The notes beneath the pieces are model-generated. The model was given only the letters and a program-made list of their open reading frames with translations, had not been told where the DNA came from and searched no databases. Below, piece after piece: positions 45,436-54,945 of a stretch of DNA of 64,000 nucleotides. Both the position numbers and the translations under genes were made by a program. Positions within the stretch are counted from its first letter, which is position 1, and each line of letters opens with the position of its first letter. Source of the DNA: a virus (lineage: Duplodnaviria; Caudoviricetes); the IMG/VR virus record IMGVR_UViG_3300037424_001593, positions 1 to 64,000 of that record; one strand, written 5' to 3'.

Positions 45436-46355
45436 TGTCCACAGTGAAGTACTTCGCGTTCGATCTCGAGACGAGCGGCCTCGATCCGGAGCGTGGCGCT
45501 GAGATCCTCAGCTTCGCGTTCATCCTCCTCGGCGACAAGCTCGAGGTGCTCGAGGAGGGCGAGGCGTTCATCCTCCCGACGCGTCCCGTCGCGTCGGAAG
45601 CTGCGAAGGTGAACGGCTACACGCGCGAGCTCTGGGAGGAACGCGGCGCGATGCCGCTCGCAGAGTTCAAGGACGTGCTCGTAGGGCTGTTGCGCGAGTA
45701 CAAGTGCAAGCGCGTGAAGCCGCTCGGACACAACGTTGCGTTCGACCTCGGGTTCTTGCACTACGAAGGCCGCAAGGACCCAGGCTTTGGGCTCGTGCTG
45801 CGTGACGCGCTCAACTTCAAGAGTACGTGCACGCTCAACCTCGCGTCCGAGATCGACGAAGCGTGGCAGGTCACCGCGCCCTCGTACAAGCTCGGCGAGC
45901 TCACGCGGCGCTATGGTATCACGCTCGACAACGCGCACGATGCGCTCGCGGACATCCGCGCGACTGTGGCCCTACATCGTGCGCTGCTACAACAGATCAA
46001 ACGCGGAGAAGCGCCGCCTGCACCACCCCCGGCGTCGTTCCTCGAGCTCCGTGGCGGCGCGTGGTGCTATCGCGTCGGGCGACACAAGGGCAAGACGCTC
46101 GAGGAGGCCGGGTACAGTTACGCGACATGGGCGTACAACGAAGTCGATCTGCCGAGCGATGAGCGTCGAGCTCTCGGCGCGCAGATCCAACGCTTCAAGG
46201 ATGCGAAGACGAACGCGTCTGTGCGTGTCGGCGGCAAGCCCTTCGCATGCCCGTGCGGCTGCGCGGTCTTCACGAAGTCGGGGCCGCAGTACGAGTGCAA
46301 TAGCTGCCGAGCGCTCTACCACGGGACGCCGGACGCCGGTCGATCGACCCCTTGA
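45435..46355 (+). CDS. DEDDh (DnaQ-like) 3'-5' exonuclease with C-terminal zinc ribbon
   Basis: FDLETSG, GHNVAFD, AHDALAD; GRHKGKTL; CPCGC..YECNSC. Confidence 0.9.
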   Translation: MSTVKYFAFDLETSGLDPERGAEILSFAFILLGDKLEVLEEGEAFILPTRPVASEAAKVNGYTRELWEERGAMPLAEFKDVLVGLLREYKCKRVKPLGHNVAFDLGFLHYEGRKDPGFGLVLRDALNFKSTCTLNLASEIDEAWQVTAPSYKLGELTRRYGITLDNAHDALADIRATVALHRALLQQIKRGEAPPAPPPASFLELRGGAWCYRVGRHKGKTLEEAGYSYATWAYNEVDLPSDERRALGAQIQRFKDAKTNASVRVGGKPFACPCGCAVFTKSGPQYECNSCRALYHGTPDAGRSTP

Positions 46356-46474
46356 AAGACGAAGGGCGGGAGTAGATTGCTCTACCGTCCGCCTCCCCGC
46401 TGCTCGTGATTTTCCGAAGAAAACGCAAGACTTGCTGGAGACCCCATAGTGGCCCAAGCGGGCGCAGCCCGCAA
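46352..46474 (-). ncRNA. Small-RNA unit copy F
   Basis: TTGCGG-17-CACTAT; hairpin TTTTC-TTCG-GAAAA; GGCGGACGGTAGA-GCAA-TCTACTCCCGCC + CTTCGTCTTTC. Confidence 0.7.
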
Positions 46475-46523
46475 GCCCCTTTCCTTACGTGCATCGTACG
46501 TGCTACACGTGGTGTCAGCGCTG

Positions 46524-46811
46524 ATGCCTCGACTGAGTTTCCACGCAACGCCCGCGTTAGCACGCGAGATCAAGAAACGAGTCCACCCGCCTGACACCAA
46601 CATGTCAGACGTGATACGTGGCTTGATCGAAGCCGGGCTTGGGCAGAGTCCAGACGAGATCGCCGCGACGCAGGTTGCGATGCGCGCACGGGGCACGCAG
46701 CAACTCATCGTCAACAAGCTCTACAAGGCGCTGCACAAGGCGATACACGAAGCCTCGGACGCGGTGCTGAGCGAGTTCGTGACGCTCGACGAGCCTGACG
46801 AGGAAGGATGA
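46524..46811 (+). CDS. Ribbon-helix-helix (Arc/CopG-like) DNA-binding protein
   Basis: Start ATG 46524; RLSFHA strand, PALAREIKKRV helix, MSDVIRGLIEAGL helix. Confidence 0.6.
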   Translation: MPRLSFHATPALAREIKKRVHPPDTNMSDVIRGLIEAGLGQSPDEIAATQVAMRARGTQQLIVNKLYKALHKAIHEASDAVLSEFVTLDEPDEEG

Positions 46812-47518
46812 CGGCGCCCTCAGACGGCGACGCGCCCGCAAAGGGCGATGGGTACCGGCGAAAGTCGCATGCGGGGCGCTATCTGCGCGCGCAGTGCGGA
46901 GGGCTCACGCCAGCACAAGTCCGCGCGTGGCTCACGCAGTTCGATCCGGTCGTCAAGCTCGTCGTGCGAAATCTGCATCGTAAGAACCCACACGCAACGC
47001 TCGAGCTCGAGGACCTGCTCTCGGTAGGGCAGATGGCGGTGCTCGAGGCCTGTCAGACCTTCAAAGAGGGCGCAGGCGGAACGCTCCGCACGTGGGTCGG
47101 CAACGTGATCCGCTGGCGCGTCGCCGCTGCGATCGAAGAGGTAAGCGAGACCTGGGTCCTCAACCTCGACAACTTTGGCCCTGCGTACGCAAGCAAGCAA
47201 CACGCAAAATGGGCGCCAAGAGTGCGTAGATACGATGCACCGGATGCTGCTGCGGATGGGCACGACGGTGCGGAACTGTACTACGTACAGGTGTCTCGGG
47301 ACGGCGGGCGTCCCGATCCATTTGCACAACTTGAGGCACGGGAAGAGCTCGCTGATTTCATAGACCGTATTGATCGCGGCTTCGATACGTCAGGGCAGGC
47401 CGCGGCGTTCTCCGCCGATCGGCTCGCGAGCGTGGAAGAAGCGTTGCTTCCACTGCAAGCGCCCTTTCCACCCAAAGTGGTGAAGCGCCCGCAGACTCGA
47501 CTCAAACGCGTGGGGTAG
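46808..47518 (+). CDS. Phage sigma-70-like factor (region 2 present, region 4 not evident)
   Basis: LELEDLLSVGQMAVLEACQTF..GGTLRTWVGNVIRWRV; DPFAQLEAREELADFI then no HTH. Confidence 0.75.
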   Translation: MTAPSDGDAPAKGDGYRRKSHAGRYLRAQCGGLTPAQVRAWLTQFDPVVKLVVRNLHRKNPHATLELEDLLSVGQMAVLEACQTFKEGAGGTLRTWVGNVIRWRVAAAIEEVSETWVLNLDNFGPAYASKQHAKWAPRVRRYDAPDAAADGHDGAELYYVQVSRDGGRPDPFAQLEAREELADFIDRIDRGFDTSGQAAAFSADRLASVEEALLPLQAPFPPKVVKRPQTRLKRVG

Positions 47519-47549
47519 CGCACAGCCGAAGGGCCTGCTTACCCGGTCT

Positions 47550-47561
47550 CGTGGGATAAGA
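47550..47561 (+). promoter_or_regulatory. Late-promoter-like CGTGGGATAAGA upstream of lysis/membrane cassette
   Basis: Variant of GGTATAAGA motif. Confidence 0.5.
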
Positions 47562-47579
47562 ACAGAGGACGCTCCCACT

Positions 47580-48115
47580 ATGGCCGACACAAAAACGCTC
47601 CTCTACGCCACGTTCGCAGGTGCTGCGACCGGCGCCGTTGCTTGGTTCCTCCTGCGCCCAATCGTGGACAAGGGGATCGAGTCGTCGCTGCGCACCCAGC
47701 TCGAGCGACAAATCCCCGAACAGCTCAACCGCGAGCTCGACAGCAAACTTCGGCAGTACGGCTTCACGCCGGAGACCGGGCAGCAGATCGCGCGCCTTCT
47801 CGCGACGCTCGATCGCACAGGGATCCTCTGATGGCCCGCAAGCGCAAGCGCCGGGGGCTTCGCGGAGTTTTGCCTCCGGGGACGACGCTTCCGATCATCG
47901 TCGCGAGCCTCGCGAGCTTCGGCGTTTTTACGACGTTCCTGCTCGCGCGCGCCAAGGCGAAGGAAGGCGAGCTCGCGGCGCTCGGCGAGCAGCTCGCGCC
48001 GCAGATCGCGGAGGCCGCGGTCAGGCGGTACATCAACGAGCGCTTCGGCTTCACGCCCGAGCGTCTGCAGAGCATCACGAGCCGGGTCAACATGATCCAG
48101 TCCCTCACGCGGTGA
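47580..48115 (+). other. Two paralogous small N-terminal-TM proteins (47580-47831, 47831-48115)
   Basis: Single TM then helix ending in YGFTPE / FGFTPE. Confidence 0.65.
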
Positions 48116-48118
48116 CCC

Positions 48119-48406
48119 ATGGCGAATCAGGATGATACCGTCTACTGGACAAACGCCCTTGTGCACACGGGTCTGCGTGCGCTGATCTTGTGGCCGTTTG
48201 TGCGTTTCGTAGGGGGTGTCGAGGGCGCGCGTGGCATCGCGACGACCATGCTCGCTGCGGGTGCGTGCACGGGCGCGCAGATCATGTACGAGCGCACGAC
48301 GCTCCCTCGGCTTCCGCTGCAGGGACCGCGTTTGATACCTACAGCGCAGCAGCCCACCGTCATCCCGGGCGTCGTGATTGACGTACCTGAGGGTTCAAAT
48401 GTATGA
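48119..48406 (+). CDS. Small two-TM protein (holin-like)
   Basis: Two hydrophobic helices; upstream of amidase. Confidence 0.45.
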   Translation: MANQDDTVYWTNALVHTGLRALILWPFVRFVGGVEGARGIATTMLAAGACTGAQIMYERTTLPRLPLQGPRLIPTAQQPTVIPGVVIDVPEGSNV

Positions 48407-49050
48407 CTCCGTTCCTGTTTTTGGTGGAACAAAGTAGCGGCATCAGCCTTTCGATAGGCGAGGCGATTGGGGGCGGCGGAGGGATCGCTGCGGTGAGTAT
48501 CTTGCTTGGTACGTTGCTCAAGGCGTACACGGTCAAGAGCGCGGGTGAGACCAAGACAGATGTCGTCTCGATCCGCGAGGAAACCGGACGCATCAAGCAC
48601 GCGCGCGAGCTCGACAAGGAAGAGCGAGATCGTGAGAGCACGGTGGCGGAGCGGCAACTCGAGCGCATGGCTCAGGAACTGCACCGCGAGCGCACGTTGC
48701 GACTCAACGACACGACGGCGCTCGAGTTTCAGTACCAACAGCTCGGCGCGCTCACCGCCGAGAACTCTATCTACAAAGAGGAGAAGGAAGCCTTGCTTGC
48801 CGAACGCCAGGTGACTCTCGAGCGGCTTTCGCGCGTCGAAAAGCAGCTGGAAGAGTGCCACGACGGTCACGCCGCGATGAGTCACAATCTGCGGATGACG
48901 AACGAGTACATCAAGGAGCTCATCACCTGGGTGCAGTCCTCGTTCGAGCCTTCGAGCGCGCGCACCACGCTCAAGCCGCCACCTGAAAAACCTCGTTTTA
49001 CGCCTCCCTTTGACACCCCAGCTGTGGGTATAGAGAAGAAGTCCACCTGA
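48403..49050 (+). CDS. N-terminal TM coiled-coil protein (holin/i-spanin-like)
   Basis: TM GGGGIAAVSILLGTLL + long coiled coil. Confidence 0.5.
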   Translation: MTPFLFLVEQSSGISLSIGEAIGGGGGIAAVSILLGTLLKAYTVKSAGETKTDVVSIREETGRIKHARELDKEERDRESTVAERQLERMAQELHRERTLRLNDTTALEFQYQQLGALTAENSIYKEEKEALLAERQVTLERLSRVEKQLEECHDGHAAMSHNLRMTNEYIKELITWVQSSFEPSSARTTLKPPPEKPRFTPPFDTPAVGIEKKST

Positions 49051-49072
49051 CACAGCAAACGAGGTACCCCTG

Positions 49073-49477
49073 ATGCGTTTTTTCCTGTTCCTATTTCTCA
49101 CCGGGTGCGCGATGACGCCGCTCGAGCAGCACATCCGCTCCGCGCGTGACGTAGATCGGCTCAACGACACCGTCGTCGAGTCGCTCACGGCATACTGCAG
49201 CGCAGCCCAAACCGTGGCGCTTTGCGCGGAGTATATCGTGGCGCCACAACGGGCTGTCGCGAGCGCGCTCGACGCCTGGGTCGAAGAGCTCGACCGAGCA
49301 AGGGCTGCGGGACGCTGGGAAGATCCGCAAGACGGCGTCGCAGCCGCAAACGTTGGCGTCGCGTACGACGCGCTCGCCGCTGTGTGTCGGGAGCAGCACA
49401 TCGAAGACCTTCCACCGCTGCCGTCGTCGTACTGCGAGCACACGGGCGCGCAGTCCTGTCCCACACAAGAGGAGTGA
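49073..49477 (+). CDS. Lipoprotein (o-spanin-like position)
   Basis: MRFFLFLFLTG-C lipobox. Confidence 0.6.
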   Translation: MRFFLFLFLTGCAMTPLEQHIRSARDVDRLNDTVVESLTAYCSAAQTVALCAEYIVAPQRAVASALDAWVEELDRARAAGRWEDPQDGVAAANVGVAYDALAAVCREQHIEDLPPLPSSYCEHTGAQSCPTQEE

Positions 49478-49482
49478 TCGTC

Positions 49483-49728
49483 ATGGCGCACAACCAAAAA
49501 GAAGCAGTACGCGAGCTCCTCGGACACGCGGAAGCCGCGGTCGAGCACTTCGCCCCTGCGCTCGGGTCCTACGCCGTAGCCGCGCTCCCTCTGGTCCGCA
49601 AAGGCCTCAAGGCTTTGATCAAGCTCATCGAGGACAGGGGTCACGAAGATGCGGAGCGCATCCTCGACGAGCTCCTCGAGAAGGGCGCGGCTCGCCTCGA
49701 GCTCCCGGGGAGCGACGAAGCCGAATGA
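49483..49728 (+). CDS. Small helical protein
   Basis: RBS GAGGAG; overlap with amidase. Confidence 0.55.
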   Translation: MAHNQKEAVRELLGHAEAAVEHFAPALGSYAVAALPLVRKGLKALIKLIEDRGHEDAERILDELLEKGAARLELPGSDEAE

Positions 49729-50417
49729 CCTTCGCGTACGACGACCGCCTGCGCACGGACATGAGCCACGCGCTCCCGATCCGGCCCGTCAAAGGGTATG
49801 CGATCAAGGGTGGTCGTGTCGTACTGCGGGACCCGACAAAGATCATCGGCATTACGCTGCACCAGACAGCTTGCGAGTTCGGGCTTGCAGCGTACCAGAT
49901 CAAGGCGGCGCGTGGGGACCGCAGGCTCGCGCAAGCACGGCGCGCGCTCGCGGTACCTGCACACGTCGTCTCTTTCGAAGAGCAGTTCGTGACGCCGTGT
50001 CCGCTCCTCGCGCTTGCGTACCACGGACACGGGCTCAACAACTTCACGTACGGCGAGGAAATCGAGGGTCTCTACTTCGGCGTCGCCGGTGACCTGAAGA
50101 CGCTCTGGACGGGCAAGCTCGACAGAGCTACGGAGTGGACGCCGAAGCGCAGAGACACCGCGCGCGCGGCACTCTATTACATCTACACGAACGGGCGACG
50201 TTTAGGTTCTCCGCTCGAGTATCTCTTTGCGCATCGCCAATCGACAGCGAAACCCTCGGACCCAGGCCAACAGGTTTGGGAAGACATCGCAATCGATTTT
50301 GGCGAGAAGGAGCTCGGCCTCAAGCCGAAGCTCGAGTACACGCTCGTCGATCGCCACGGCCGCAAGGGCCGACCCATTCCGCGGGAATGGGATCCGCGTT
50401 CCCCTGTGAAATACTGA
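49725..50417 (+). CDS. N-acetylmuramoyl-L-alanine amidase (Amidase_2) endolysin
   Basis: ITLHQT, PAHVV, YHGHGLN, EIEG, AHRQ, KPSDPG. Confidence 0.85.
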   Translation: MTFAYDDRLRTDMSHALPIRPVKGYAIKGGRVVLRDPTKIIGITLHQTACEFGLAAYQIKAARGDRRLAQARRALAVPAHVVSFEEQFVTPCPLLALAYHGHGLNNFTYGEEIEGLYFGVAGDLKTLWTGKLDRATEWTPKRRDTARAALYYIYTNGRRLGSPLEYLFAHRQSTAKPSDPGQQVWEDIAIDFGEKELGLKPKLEYTLVDRHGRKGRPIPREWDPRSPVKY

Positions 50418-50429
50418 AGGGTCTACAAC

Positions 50430-50669
50430 ATGCGAACGGTTACCCTCGACGGTCTCGGCGGCGTGATGCCTGTAGCGAGCAACGCGCGAAACACGCAACT
50501 CTACGGTTTTGGTGCGGCAGACGATGCGTCGCTTCCGGAGGGGATGATGGTTTACGACGCGCGTGCGATGCGTAGGAATCACATCATCATCGGTGTGGCT
50601 GGGCTCGTTGTGGGCGGAGCGCTAGGCGCCACGTTCATGCACATGTCGATGAAGCGAAAGCGAAGGTAG
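50430..50669 (+). CDS. Small C-terminally anchored protein with LDGLG and LYGFG motifs
   Basis: TM IIIGVAGLVVGGALGATF + KRKRR. Confidence 0.7.
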   Translation: MRTVTLDGLGGVMPVASNARNTQLYGFGAADDASLPEGMMVYDARAMRRNHIIIGVAGLVVGGALGATFMHMSMKRKRR

Positions 50670-50673
50670 AAAA

Positions 50674-51312
50674 ATGGCAACGACAGCATTTGCATGGCGA
50701 GGCGGCTGGATCCTTCAGGCCTCGGACGCGATCACACCGACGAGCGTAGTGGCGACGATTCTGCGCGTCTACGGCAAAGACGCTGAGAGTGAGCCTGTGC
50801 TGCTCACTGCGCTTTCAGGCGGCACGACGTCGGTCGCTGAGACGATCCAGCAGTGGGAAAGCTTTTCGGGCGGTATGCTCTTCCCGCTCGCGATTACGAC
50901 GCAAGAGCTCACTGACGCGTGTCTGCAGCGCGGGATCACGTATCCGACCACCTTCACGTCGCTCACACCGCTCGCACCGCTCGACGCGAACGGGAACGCG
51001 GTCCTGAGCGGCGTCTCGATGTTCGCCACCGTCGTATACAGCGCGGGTGCGACGCCCACCGTGGTCGGCGCGCGCAACGTCACCAGCGTCGTGCGCGACG
51101 GCGTAAACACCGGACAGTGCACCATCACGTTCACGACGCCGCCGACGGGTTCATACACGCTGATCGTGAGCGCGACGGTCTTCGGCGCGAACGCAGCCAT
51201 GGTATCGTATACGACGCCGACGGCGGCTACGCTGCGTGTCGATACGTACAACATCGTAGGGGCGAGTGTCGCAGAGGCCGTTTCCGTGCAGGTGTGGATC
51301 GTCCCAGGCTGA
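50674..51312 (+). CDS. Second spike protein sharing N-terminal module with 24867-26009
   Basis: MATTAFAWRGGWIL..IQQWES..RGITYPTTF; unrelated beta-rich C-terminus. Confidence 0.7.
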   Translation: MATTAFAWRGGWILQASDAITPTSVVATILRVYGKDAESEPVLLTALSGGTTSVAETIQQWESFSGGMLFPLAITTQELTDACLQRGITYPTTFTSLTPLAPLDANGNAVLSGVSMFATVVYSAGATPTVVGARNVTSVVRDGVNTGQCTITFTTPPTGSYTLIVSATVFGANAAMVSYTTPTAATLRVDTYNIVGASVAEAVSVQVWIVPG

Positions 51313-51337
51313 CGCCGCAGCACGAAAGTACGCTGTG

Positions 51338-51378
51338 CAAGGACGAAAGCCGTCAAGGCTTTCGTCCTTGTCATTTTT
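51338..51378 (+). terminator. Strong hairpin terminator
   Basis: 14-bp perfect stem CAAGGACGAAAGCC/GGCTTTCGTCCTTG + TCATTTTT. Confidence 0.8.
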
Positions 51379-51461
51379 ATCGCGTGCACTCTTCCTTTCT
51401 GTTGAAGCTCCTGTTATGTACCGTCGTCAGAGCATCACATCAGCTCAGGGCAGGAGCGACA

Positions 51462-54400
51462 ATGGATTTCGACTACGACGAGGAGGCTCTCGACGAGCCC
51501 GAGAGCATCATGTTCAAGACGAACGAGGGGCACGAGCTCGAGCTCTTCGCGACCGGGGACGTGATCTTCTACATCGGGCGCGACAGGCATCGCGGGCTCA
51601 TCTGGACCGGGCGACAGCTCATCGAATACGCGCCCGAAAAGATCGGGCCGCTCGATACGCTCTTTCTCGAACAAGCCGCGACGCAACTCCTCGCCGTGCG
51701 CGAGGAGAGCGGCGGAGAGGACGGCGTGGTGTGGTTCGAGGAGGTTACCGAGTACATCGGTGACGCCGTGTACCGCTACTGCTACGAAGGGGGTTTGCGT
51801 GACGCGCTCCATGCGACGAGCGCGCAGAAGCTCGCGCGGCATTGGCGTGCGCCGACCGACACGGAGCTTCTGCAGCTCGTCTCACACGTCCTCACGGACG
51901 ACACCGGGCGTGTGTGGTCGCAGGAGCCGAGCGTGCTCGTGATCGTGAAGGAAGCGGCCACGCGGGGCGAGGCGGATGGCATGGCGATCGGCATGCGCAA
52001 GCGGATGAAAGCGGGCAACGCATGAGGCGTTCATCCAAGAAAGTCGCGGAAGACACTGAGCGCGTCTACCAGGCACTCCTCCGCACCACGCCCTTGCACG
52101 CCGTGGATGTCCGTGCGCGTGCATGTTTACCCTGGAGACATGTGATCGCAGCGCTGCAGCGTTTGCGCGTCGCCGGGCGGGCGGAATACGCGACGGTGCG
52201 TCGAGGCAAGCGCGTGATACGCGGTTGGCGCAAGTTCACGGTGCATCTCTGATGGCTCAGCGTCCGCTCAGCGCCGATATCGAATACGCGGATCTACGTG
52301 ATCTCGACGTCGAGTCTGTCCGCCGCGGGTGGGCGCGCGCAGCGCACGCTCTCGAGGCCGAGCTCGAAGAAGCGCACGAGCGTAACCAACGGCTTACGCA
52401 AGAGCTCGATCGCGAGCGTACGCTTCGTCTCGCTGCGCAGCACGAGGCGAGCACGGATCACAAGGCGGAGCTCGGCGACGAGCCGCACGCTTACACGCGA
52501 TGTGAAGACCCCACGCAAGCGAGCGATCCGCCGCGCGGAATATTCAGCCGGCTCTTTAGCCGGATCCCTCCGGAAGCGCTTGAGCCACGCGAGGGCGGCG
52601 GTCGCATTCCGCTTACGGATGATTGTGAAGCCTGCGACGGGTCCGGGCTGCAGGCATATCACCCTACGCGCAGTACGTATCCGGATACATGGTGCACGGT
52701 GTGCGGAGGCTCTGGCAAACAGAGCATACAACTCGATCCCCCGCTGCGCCGCGATCCGATGCACGCTGCGATGGACGAGCTTGCAACACTGCTCGAGTGC
52801 GATCGCGCTCACGTCGTAGAGCTCGTGCGCGAATACGTCGAGGTGCAGAAGCGCGTTTTTAAATGCGTCACACGCGAGCAAGAGCGCGCTGATCGTGCCG
52901 AGGTTGCGTGTGGTGTGCTCCTCACGAAGATACGGAGCGCACGTGACTATGCCGCGAACGCTCCGCGTGATTTGATCAGTCGGCGCGAGGTGGAAATCAT
53001 CCTCGCGATTCTCAAGCTGGAGGCATGATGGACTGCGACGACATGCGCGATCGATATGGTTTCATCGCGGCGAACTGCGACGAAGAAGACGCGGCGTTTC
53101 TCTTCGAACACCTGCGCCATGTAGACGCTGAGTTCGAAGCCCTCCGCGCTGAGGTCGCTACGCTTCGGGCGGAGCGTGACGATCTGCAAGTGCGTCTTGA
53201 TGTGGCAATCGGCGGGCGACAAGTGTGGTTCGAGTGGGCGTCGCTTGCATGGGCGGAATGCGACGCGCGGCCCGCCATCACGTCTGAGGATGCGGCGAAG
53301 TGGCTCACACAGCGCATGGATGAAGACGGCCCAAGCGATGGGTGGAACCGCGTCGTTCTCGCCCTCCGCTCCCACGCTGCCAAGGCGGTGCCGCGATGAC
53401 CACGGAACGAGAAATCGAAGACGCGACGCGCGAAAAGGAGCTGTTGTTCATCGCGCAGCACAACGCGCACGGCCCCGACTACTGGGTGTGGTCACGCCTG
53501 TACCACCGAAGCCTTGAACGACTCGCGGAACTACGCAGGCCGCGTGACCTGCGGCGGCGCATGTACCGCACTGACATGGCGGTGAAGACGTGAGCTTCTG
53601 GACCTGGCACGAATACGCCCCGCACGTTCATCGCGACCACCACTGCTGCGTGGTCCCTGGGTACATCGATCGGTCGCCCACGCGCCCGTACCGCGATGAT
53701 ACGGTACGCAACGTGGACGCGGTGAATCGTTGGCGCGCGGCGCGCGGGATCCCGCTTGTCATAAAACGCGCGGGAGAAGTGCCATGAACCGCTGCAAGCG
53801 ATGCTACGCGGACGCCTGGGAGATGCAGGCTGTTCGAACACCAAACGGCACTCGTATCATGGCTGTTTGTCGTGAGTGCCAAAAACGAGATCGCGAAGCC
53901 CTGATGAAGAAGCTGCGCGATGCGGGGCTCATCCCATGAGGATTTTGCGAGGTGAAGACGTGAACGAACACGAGAGACAAGCTGTAGGTCTGTACGCAAT
54001 CCTTGCGCGTGATGCCTGCGACTTCATCGACATGGTGCAAGAGGCGCCTACCGAGGCACTGCGTGTGCTTCTCGAGATGCTCGCCACACCGAACCCGAAG
54101 CACGATGACGACACGCGCAGGCTAAACGCGTTCGGTGTTGCTGTCACCGAACGACACCTCGCGCGCCGAGCTACAGAGGAGCGTGCGTCGTGACACGTGC
54201 CGAGTTCCTCGCCGCGCTCCCATGGATGCTTTCAACGTTCACGTCGTTGTTGCTCGCCTTCACCTTTTACAAGCAAGCGCGTACAGCGTGCGATCAGTTC
54301 GACGAGCTCCGTGCCCTCATGGAGCAGCGCCTCGCAACCGATGAAGGGGAAGACGATGTCGAAGACTCCGCCTCCTGAACACCCGTGGCTCTTCCACGAG

Positions 54401-54646
54401 AACGACTACGTCGTGCACGTGAAGACAGCAGGCACCTACTTCGTACTCCTCTGCGGGTACCAAGAAGGCGATCACACGCCTGTGTACGCGTACCGCAAGA
54501 TCAAGCGGGAGGAACCGACCAAGTGGTATTTTGTGGGCGGTGGCGAAACGGAACCTCTCGAGACGTGGGATCTCGATGGTCCGATTTGGGTGCGTCCTGC
54601 GAGCGAGTTCGAGGACGGGCGCTTTCGTCCGCTAGTCACGAAGTGA
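51462..54646 (+). other. Cluster of small hypothetical accessory ORFs (incl. 51462-52025; 52022-52252; 52252-53028 with CEACDGSG/CTVCGGSG zinc motif)
   Basis: Chained stop-start overlaps. Confidence 0.6.
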
Positions 54647-54892
54647 TCGCGGGCTCGAGCGCTTCGTCGGCGCACCTTCCGGCGCATCGCGGTCCGCTGC
54701 AGCCTGCCTGCGCATCCGCTTCTGCGCCTCTGCGCTCGCGTCCATGAGCGCAGCGGCGAAAAGCGAGCTCGCAGTCGCAAGCGCGGCGAAACCTTCGCCT
54801 GACGCCTTGTCGAGGGCGATTAGCACAATGATACCGATCAGGCAGATGAATAGGCCGACGGCAATCAGGATGAGTCGGAGCGAGTGAGGCAT
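54632..54892 (-). CDS. Small two-TM protein
   Basis: Two hydrophobic helices. Confidence 0.5.
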   Translation of the reverse strand: MPHSLRLILIAVGLFICLIGIIVLIALDKASGEGFAALATASSLFAAALMDASAEAQKRMRRQAAADRDAPEGAPTKRSSPRSLRD

Positions 54893-54915
54893 TTCAGCAC
54901 AACTGTACCAAGCCA

Positions 54916-54927
54916 GGCGGTATAAGA
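54916..54927 (+). promoter_or_regulatory. Late-promoter-like GGCGGTATAAGA
   Basis: GGTATAAGA core, 18 nt before ATG 54946. Confidence 0.6.
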
Positions 54928-54945
54928 TCAAGGGAGCGTGCAACC

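Noticed and set aside
47340-47518. Frameshift hiding sigma region 4
   Set aside because: No HTH-like sequence seen in alternative frames and no slippery site evident; treated as a genuine truncation pending read check
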